The notes below the pieces were generated by a model. It saw only the letters and a program-made list of their open reading frames with translations. It made no database searches and was not told where the DNA came from. The position numbers and the translations under genes are program-made. Source: the human T2T-CHM13v2.0 reference genome, Homo sapiens. Taken from it: a stretch of DNA of 64,000 bases. Shown one piece after another: positions 54,701 to 64,000 of this stretch. Within the stretch, counting starts at the first letter, position 1. Every line of letters begins with the position of its first letter. The stretch lies in NCBI RefSeq assembly GCF_009914755.1, contig NC_060933.1; one strand, given 5' to 3'.

Positions 54701-57700
54701 TCTGTAGAGATGGGGAGCCATTGAAGGTTTGGTACAAATGATGTTTCTGTTTAGAAAGATGAGTTGGATAGCGATGTATGGACTGAACCAAAACAGAAAT
54801 GAAGCCTTTACGTGTCAAAGATAGGGCAGGTGCAGATGACCTTTGCCTAGACAGTTAAGACCCTAGAATTTAAGTGTTTAGAAAAATGCATTGTTAATGT
54901 GCTATGACAAATACATATTTATTTCTGAATGGAAAAGATGTGTAGATTTGACCTGAGTTTAGAATTTGGGAGACCTTACTCAGTACTGTAATTTCAGTGG
55001 GTGAGATTTTTGTAAGCAGCTTTAGAATCTAGGTCTTTATAGGGAGCTGATAAAATTGAACTTGTTTCATGCGTTAGTTACATTCAAGAGGGGGAAACAA
55101 GCCTATAAAAAAGTTTTTTATGTCAGTGATATATCCATGATTATCACTGTAATTGGAACACCAGCTCTCCAGAAGGGAAATTTTTGTTTTGAGAATATCT
55201 TGTGATTGTTAAGTCTCAATGCTCTCAACTTGCTCAAAACCAACCTTGTTTGAGAATTGAGTAATGTGCACAGTGTGATCTGTGTTCATGAACATTGCAT
55301 GCATTAAAATGCCTTCCATATAACCTGTTTATTAGATTTTAGCTGACTAAATACTGACCCTGCTCAGGCCATTGATTTAAACTTCATTACTTGAAATATC
55401 TATTAATTGGTAACACATATTTGTACTAAGGAGAGTGCTATAGCTTCTTGACACTAAATAGGATAGGAAAATGTCTCATTGTGCCACAATGAAGCTGACA
55501 TTGAAAAGTTTCTCAGGAGTTCTTGATTGAGAAGATGGAACAATGATTGTATTTAGATCTTGTTGAAATTTGCTGTCTAATCTATGGCCACTCTTGGACC
55601 ACATGGAGGTTGAATGAAATTATTGGCGTACTGGAAGAAGATCCATAAGCCAAAGAAAGAGTCCTGGGAGGCCATGTCCCTGTGAAGGATCGTTCTCCTC
55701 CGACCCTGCTTCCTTGGCTTTCTGATGTGATCTGGCAACCCAGCCCTCTGCATATGGGCTCCAGTGAGAGCCTGCTGCTCCAGCAGCTGGTGTGGCCTTT
55801 CTGAATGGAAAATCTGTGACCTAAAATAGCTTCAGAACCTTATCTGCGCAGCTATATATTCCTGTTAATGGTCACTGTAACAATAAAGAATGTCCCAAGA
55901 TGGCCTTATTATCAGACAGAACTATTCAAAAGGCAAGCATGTTGAAGTCTTAAGGGTTTCTTAAAAATATTTAACTCTCAGCAGATTTAAGACATGTATA
56001 TTCATTTGGAAACCTAGTCAGTGATTAAGGCATATGGTCAAGTGTTCATAATTTACAGCTAGCTTTCCTGTGATTTACCAAACTTTCATTTTTAAAGTCA
56101 CTATATGGCGAAAGTAGGATATGAGACCTTTAAAAATTTCTAACCCTTCTGCTCCTGAACTAGGTGATAGCAAAAAAAGAAAAAGAAAAAAAATTCTTTT
56201 GAAAGTCACGTTGTATTCTGTGCTGGCAGTTTATTTTCCACGCCTTTCTTTCCATCCCTAAGTTCTATAATTTCACTTTTAGGAAATTCAGAAGAATATT
56301 TGCTTATCATGGCAGTATATGCCTTGAAATTCTAAGCCCTCCCAGTGGTGCACGTAGAAGAGAACTAGTAACACCCAGGGGCATGCAGATTCCTGCAGAC
56401 GTGATCCACGGTGATAGTGGCACCTGCTGGTAGGGAGGGTGGAACCCAGAGACCTTTTCTGTTGATGCTGGAATAAAGGTTGGGCCTCGAGATGAGTCCG
56501 GGGTCTGACGCAAGAACTCCTGGCTTTGAAGCCTGCACCTTGCAAAAATACAGATGCTGTGGCGAGTTTCTTCTACTCGTTCCTGTGGTGGAGGTGGTTA
56601 CATGCCTCAATGGCTTTTCCTCCTTCAGGGTGCCTCTTGGTCGCTCCCAGTCACTGGGGTTCTTTCTTTCCAGGGGTCAGTGGGAGAGGCTGCAGTGGTT
56701 TGAGGGCAAATGAGACAGAGTAAAAGGCCTACATTTTAAAAGATTGTAGAGTAATAAGAATACCCAGCTATAATTGAAGAGCGCAAAGTTCAGAAAGTAA
56801 AGCTCAGTGATTCGCACATTTTTAAAATTAACGTCATCTTAATAAAATTGGCTTTTGTTTCTTGCCTCCCATTTCCTACAAAAGTCTTCCCTAATACCTC
56901 AAAATTAAGTAAATAAGAGAAACAGGCTTATAAGAAGCAGACAGATAAAAATTATACACACATGAAATAAATATGTGGAATGAGGGAGCAAGTTTATAGG
57001 TGAGTACTATTTTTATGAAAGATTTTCCTATATTGATTCCTGTATTTTTAAACCACCAAGAAAAGCCGAAAGGAGCATTTTTTCCTGGTATAGTTTGCTT
57101 CAGAAATGTTTTTATTTGTGCTAATAATTGGAATTGCTAATAAAAAGTAAACTAAGTCTGCTCACTGTGGATTATACTATGAAACAGAATAATCAATATT
57201 ATGGTGCTGATTTAATATTGTGAAAATTGGTATTGTAAACATTTTCCCCATGATTTCTGTTAATAAGTCTGTCTGAATTTCTTTATTCTACAGAGCTTTC
57301 TAGGAGCAGCATTGAGGTTTTTTTCACAGAACTTTGAGTAGACCTAGCACAACAGATGATTGCTTAGGAAGGCAAATGATATGACAGGCCAATCTGTGAT
57401 ATTACTCTTTTGGATTATTATTCATTTCATAAGTCCTTGTACTCTTTTTTTTTTTTAACCAGTGTTACTTGCCAATCCTTGAGCTTTTGAGTTTCTAATA
57501 TATTAGGAATAACATACATGGAATGAGGAATATGAACAGCATTTATCTACATGTCTGTAATACTGTGTTCTGCTACATGTCCTGTGCCTTACTAAGCATT
57601 TATATTTTTGTGGACTGTGGGCTGCTCCATCCTCAACTATCAAAGTTTTAAGAAAATATCCACAGCCTTTTACCTTTGAGAATTACAGAGGGTGCTTACA

Positions 57701-58402
57701 GACGTATCAGCCTGAGGAGAAGAACCCAACCTGCTACCTACACGCTGGGGCTGCTTAAAAATTAGGGGGCAGTTTTTCTATCAGAAGGAAAAAAAACAGT
57801 CTTCGTTGTATCCATTTTTCTGTTTCTCTCCTGATATAAATGAATTGGAGGTTTTTGTTGTTGTTTATGGTCATAACAACCCCAGGAAAGCTCGTCAAGT
57901 ATAATAGTAGCTGCTCCCTAAATACACACAACCAGAAGTCTAGTCGGCCACCATCTTGGAGGCCATTCATCTGCCCACATCTCTTCCTCACCTATGAACA
58001 GGCGTGCATGCATACTGCAGTTCTCTCTCCTGCGCCCTTAGTGGGCATTGCTAATTAATGGTCAAGCTGTGGCACTGAGCTTAGAGACATACTTTATAAT
58101 ACGGTCTTACAGGTGGCCACTCCAGCAAGTTGGGATTGGCTTACAAAATGAACCATGTATATTATTCCTGGGCTAGGATAGATCCCAAAGTCAGCATTAT
58201 AACAGATTTCCAAGGTGGCTTAGTTGTCATGTTAAATGTGCTACTAAAAGAAGATGACTAACACCTGATGGAAAACATTGAGTTTTTTTACTGACAGCTT
58301 AAGTACGATAGTATTTTATGGCCCCAAATTGTATTTTGAAGGGGTGCTTTCTGTAAGGAAAATGCGTTATAAATTTAGCCTCCAGTAACATGTCTGCCCT
58401 AG

Positions 58403-58701
<299 letters not shown>

Positions 58702-60435
58702 GCCCTAGAGTTGTTTTTGCCAGTGTAAAAAGTTGGTTTAGTGTAAGTTAAGGAAGACAGTTTAATATTCAGTCTTTCAGAAGTAGGCTACTTCCTGAAG
58801 TAGTAACTTTTTCTGACAGTGAAAAGAGATTAATATTTGTTCGTGGTGATACACAAGATTTATTCAGAGGTTTTCAGTTAGATGAGCTGACCTCCAGGAA
58901 TCTCTTACTGTTTTAATAAGACTCAGTAGGAACATGTTGCTCTTCAAAACTACCAGTACGGAGTTCATTTTTATACTACCATGCTCTAAGTCCCAGATGG
59001 TACCCACCCAGGATGTGCTGGAGCCCAGTGCCATGGGCAAGCCCACATACCCCCAGGTTTCTGTAAAAACTCAGATTACTTTCTGTGAGCTGGCTACTTT
59101 GTATTTGCTTATTTCCTGTGGATTGAATAATACCGTGAGGGCTGAGAAGTCCTTCCTCCTGGGCAACAGTGACTCTTTGGAAGAAAGCAGCAGCCCAGAG
59201 AGAGAAGAGCAGCAGACATTCTCATCTCTAGAGGCTACCCTCCAGCTGCCCCTTTGCAGGGGACTTGTAAATCAGAGCCAAGCATTTTTCTTTCCTCAAC
59301 TTCTTCCACTCTTGAGGCAGCTGTTTCAACCCGAAAATTGGATGTCCCTTGGAATTCTTCATAAGCACTAATTTGTAATTAATTTAATGTAAGTGATGTG
59401 TAAAATGTGAGTTCATCTCATTATCTCTACATAATGAGGGGTGCTAGGTGCTTTTCATGTTTAATCATCAGGACTGTGTTGCAAAGTTAGGTGTCACCTC
59501 TCATCTTAGTCCCTGGATCTAGGCCCAGGTCTGAGAACCCAAGGAGACCCTCCCTCTCAGGCACATGCCTGTGCAGATTGCCTGCTTCCCTCTTATCCCA
59601 GCCCTACCTGGCACACAGTAGATGTTCCATAAATACTTATTAACTGATTGGCCTAAGGTTCCACCTCTATTCTCTGGTGGAATACTCAAAAGATCTCTAA
59701 CTATTAGAGATGAGCGCCTTTGCTTCTGGAGCAAGCCTTTGTGTCAGTCACATCTATTTTCTTTGATAAAGACATGTATTTCCTGAATTGGACTTGCTGT
59801 TCTTGTCATAACTGTTGCATGTGGGCAACAACATGCTTAGTGCTGTGAAAGAGGACACTAACCCCTCTCTGTCCCTACTGTGTCGACAGGCTTACCCAGG
59901 ACAGTTCCGAGCCCTTCTAGGACTCGGAGCAGCCTTTGGCTGGAGTATTGCCATGAGTCCATCAGCAAGAGTCCAGTTTCGGCTCTCAGGAGTGTGTTCA
60001 CCTGTTTCTTTCTGGGCTGTGTCGAGTCTGGAGACACAGCACCAGGCCAGGCTCATTCAGGTACACGGGAGGCCCTCTGAGCTCTAATGTGGAGAGTTGT
60101 CGGAGCCTGCAGCTGGAGTGCATATTTCTGAGGATACCATGCATTAGGACTAGTGCCTGTGACCTCCTCTTCACTCTGCAATCTAGGGCCTTGCAGGACG
60201 AACTCTGCAGAGGCCTAAAGGTTTTGAAATTGAGAAGGAAAATCTTCTACCAATAATTTTTTTTTATAGAATGAAAACAAAACATGAATGATTGCTAAAA
60301 TGATTAAAGAGAGGCGAGAACAGAGCCGATGAAAGGGAAAGAAAAAAATGAAAAAGTTAAAGGCCAATTTAGTAAGAATGCCTCTCTTTATAACCCCTAG
60401 GGGACTCCTGACATGCACAACCTAAACCCATGCTC

Positions 60436-60600
60436 TGTGTGTGGGGTATGTTTCAGTGTGTGTATTGTGGTATGTGTGTGGTGGGGGGGTGTGTGTGGTG
60501 GGGTTTGTTGGGGGATATGTTGTGTGAAATATGTGATGTGTGCATGGTATGAAATGTGTGATGTGTGTGTCCTATGTGTTTGCGAGGTGTGGTTATGTAG
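60436..60600. repeat. Degenerate (TG)-rich simple repeat
   Basis: Direct reading; it produces the His/Thr-rich and Cys/Val-rich pseudo-ORFs here. Confidence 0.85.
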
Positions 60601-62627
60601 AGTAATCTGATAGCAACATAGCATATTGGCGAACAGCTCATTCTGGAAGCTCCCCTTGCCTGTTTTCTCTTGGGGTGGAGCAGCCTTGGTGTTGGATCAC
60701 AGGAGGGAAGGCAGGTCGGCTCACAGGAAGGCCTGTGCATGGTAGTGGTGGTTGTGGAGATGATCCTGTATGTTCCGAGTCTACTTCTGGGAAAGCTTCT
60801 GGAAGCTGAGCTGTGCTGGAGATCCACAGGATCGGGGTGGGGGCAGTGCCTTAGATTGTGCGTCCAACGACAGGATATGCTTCGTGATGGAGACCTTATT
60901 GGTTTTATATCTATACCTAAAAGTATTGAATAAAAACAAATAAGCATGTATTTATATATACATGTATGTCTGTTTTGACTTGATGGACTTTAAGCATTTG
61001 GAGTGTTTGAAATATTCCTTTAACATCTAAACACTAAGATATTCAAATGTAAATGAAAGACATTTGCCTAATGAGAGCAGTAACATTTTTGTAAAAGGAA
61101 AATTTTCAGTGACTGCCTTAACTTGTACCCCAGCTCTGCCCGGCAGGCTTCACGTAAGGGGACACTATCTGGAGTTGGCTCCAGAAGGGCTTGTCACAGA
61201 GCCCTATGAGGTCTTGACTCAACGTGTTCCTATACGTGACACTGTTACCTGACTTGTCAGGTATTGAAATGTATTTAAGCATTTTTTTTCTGTTGCTGAG
61301 AAACTGTGTATCCAAGTGTCTAACTCCTGGTGTTTTTCATGACATTTTAAGAGATTATTGTATTGCCTGACTATATTTAGACTCAGAGTGGAACTGGAGA
61401 TTAGCCAGTAATACATTTAACTCTGTCCTGCTTTTGGATTCTTCAGAATGCCTTAGGTATTACTTTAGAGAAGACAAACCCAGAGAGATTAATGTAATTT
61501 GGATAGAATGAATATGTTGAAGATCAAATTAGAGTTTATGATAGCATCCTGGTCTCCGTACAGACACTGGCCTTGGAGTGGGTCGTGCACTGGAGTGTGT
61601 CAGCCAGGGACGGTGCCTTTGCTCATGTGTAGCAGCACTGGGCAAGGGACAACACCAGGCCCCGCTTTGGTTCTGGTGTTTATTCAACTAAAGTGAACCA
61701 CTTGTTACTTATAAAATGCACACCCAGATTTCCCTATTGGGTTGTTACCTCAGTGCAGTTGATGAGATTTTAACATTCTACTGTGCAATATGGATTGTTT
61801 TTGTTTTATTTCCTTGTCATTGTTTTTTCCTTAATTTATTGGGAAATCAATCAAGTGGGAAAATGTGCATGTTTATGTATTTGTAAGAATTGATTGACTA
61901 ATAGTGAAACATCTGTGGATAAAAGGTATTGTTTCCATGTTACATCAACTTAGAACTTCTTGTCTTTTTTGAGGCGAAATGTTGGATAACTTTACACTCT
62001 GTCTGAAGTCTTGCTGAATAGAATTACTGTGTGCTGGCATCATCTGGGACTTCAAAACTTGGAATATTTGCATCTACTTGTGTTTTACTGGCCAGTCTTA
62101 AAAATAGAGTTTAACAGTTACATTTGTTGAAGTGGGAGGTTCAGTAAAGTGGCTACTGCATGCAAATTATTTCTCAAATCTAATTTATGAGGGTATTTAT
62201 CCATGTAGAAAGGGATTAGCTATCCAAATTGGATTTTGCATGTTAAAATAATTAGATAACCACATACTTCCGTGAATTACACTGTTATAACTAAAACTAT
62301 TTGTAGATATAAAATATTAAAATGGATTTTGTCTAACATCTTGATTTATGCATACTAGTTATATGAGAAAATCAAGTCATGATTTGATTGGATGAAACTT
62401 ATTTGTGGCCTAACTGAAAATCTGAATGAGCCATTAATTGCACAGAATAGAGGGACAAACAAAATACCCACAAGGACTTGATGATTGGTAGTTTTGCTAA
62501 GGAGAGAATGCATTGTTACCTGAGAGGCGAATCTTTAGACCAGTTACTAGAGCTGCTTGTTTTTGTTAAGACTGAAAGCAGGTGAATGATGCATGAATGT
62601 GTCTTCTCTGGCTTTTTTTTCCTGTAG

Positions 62628-62877
62628 TTTCACCAGTGATCATTAAAGAATGGGCAGCTTACAAAGGAAAGTCTCCTCAAACCCCGGAACTGGTTGAAGC
62701 TCTTGCCTTCAGGGAGTGGACCTGCCCCAACCTGAAGAGGCTGTGGTTGGGTAAGGCGGTAGAGGACAAGAACCGCAGGATGAGGGCCTTCCTGGCCTGC
62801 ATGAGGTCGGACACCCCAGCCATGCTCAACCCTGCCAACGTGCCCACTCACCTCATGGTGCTCTGCTGCGTCTTACG
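62628..62877 (+). CDS. FAM120A: FAM120A coding exon 11 (250 nt, (F)SPVIIKEWAAYKGK...LMVLCCVL(R))
   Basis: Acceptor ttttcctgtag|TT and donor ACG|gtgggt; overlaps ORF 62597..62950; phase 1-2. Confidence 0.97.
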
Positions 62878-63267
62878 GTGGGTGCCATGCATGGGAGCTG
62901 GGACCTGGGTCCCCGCCAGGTGTAGGGGCCATGACCATGGTGTCAGATGAGTTCTAGAAAGGATGTAAAGTTTATTCCTGATCAATCATGTTGAAATTTA
63001 TTGTCATCCCATATTTATATATGTGATAGAAATGTAGGTTATGTAAATGCAAAATATATTTTAATTTATATGATACAGTATGTTTATAGGTATATTTTGT
63101 AAGCATGTATGGTATGTAAATATTATATAATGATTTTAAACATGGTTTATTATTTAAATATTGAAGATTTTGAAGGCTATAAGAGGGGATTCTTGTTATA
63201 TATTATTTGGAGTTCTTCTGTAGGGAAAATGTGCCACTTCTTCCCCCTTCATTTATTTAATCATTTA

Positions 63268-63480
63268 CAGTCACACATTGCTTAATGATGGGGATACATT
63301 TTGAGAAATGTATCATTAGGTGATTTTGTCATTGTGTAAAACATCATAGAGTATATACAAACACGGCGAGTATTTGTGTATCTAAATGTGAAAAAGGTAC
63401 AGTCAAAATATGGTATTATAATCTTATGCCATTATATATGTGGTCCATTGTTGACCAACACATTAGTGTGGCACATGCCG
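63268..63480. mobile_element. Tigger3-derived (MER7-type) non-autonomous DNA transposon, internally deleted
   Basis: ta|cagtcacacattgcttaatgatggggatacattttgagaaatg ... gtggtccattgttgacc...gcacatgccg|ta with TA target duplication. Confidence 0.8.
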
Positions 63481-64000
63481 TATTTGTATCAGTATGGGCT
63501 CCTGTCCTCTTTTTATAGGGTCATAATCAATTCACTTGAGGTTATATCCAGCTCTGCCTTATCCTTACGCACATTGTCCCGGCTTATCCTTGGGAGCTGT
63601 CTTAGGTTGGCCCGTGTGACACACACCATCCTCTTGTTTTAGGAGAGCTTCCTTGCTTTTTTGCCCTACAAGATGCTTCAGGCACGCTTTGTGTTTCCCT
63701 GCTCCAGCATCAGCCATCTCTCCAAAGAGCAGCCCTTGTTCCTTGTTGTGAAAAAGGTGTCTGGAAACCCAGGTCTGGGTGCTGGTGTGGTCCTGCTGCT
63801 GGGATGTCTCTGTGTCTGTGCCCTCACAGCCCACAGCTCAGTATGGGTAGATACTGTTGACGTTTTGAAGTTCAGTTGAGTTGGGATACATACTGGATGT
63901 TCATTAGGTTTTGGAGTTGATTCGTTTGGTTTGGTTTCATTTTAAAAGAACTTCAAACATAGAGAAAAGTTGCAAGTACAATACAGAAACCTTTTTTTTA

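Noticed and set aside
60397-60947. 164-aa His/Thr/Pro-rich minus-strand ORF and overlapping ORFs
   Set aside because: Produced by a degenerate TG simple repeat.

Overview
Human (primate) genomic DNA from the middle of the FAM120A gene (OSSA/C9orf10, 9q22), transcribed on the + strand. The window runs from within intron 3 to within intron 11 (exon numbers follow my recollection of the reference transcript). Eight constitutive coding exons (4-11, about V269-R720) have GT-AG boundaries and continuous phase. Also visible are an in-frame 84-nt cassette exon in intron 7, a NAGNAG acceptor at exon 6, and two open read-throughs into introns 9 and 10 with downstream poly(A) signals, predicting 628-aa and 651-aa truncated isoforms. 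Introns hold the usual Alu, L1, L2, MIR, MaLR LTR and DNA transposon remnants; their boundaries and subfamilies were judged by eye. The most unexpected element is a roughly 1.5-kb, intronless, heavily decayed cTAGE5/MIA2 (CTAGE-family)-like retrocopy lying antisense in intron 3. It retains a mutated Kozak start and transmembrane and coiled-coil remnants, and is followed by an apparent 3' intron and poly(A) signal, suggesting it was once a transcribed nested retrogene. There are no prokaryotic features, RNA genes or CRISPR arrays. Homology statements rest on remembered protein sequences, not on database searches.
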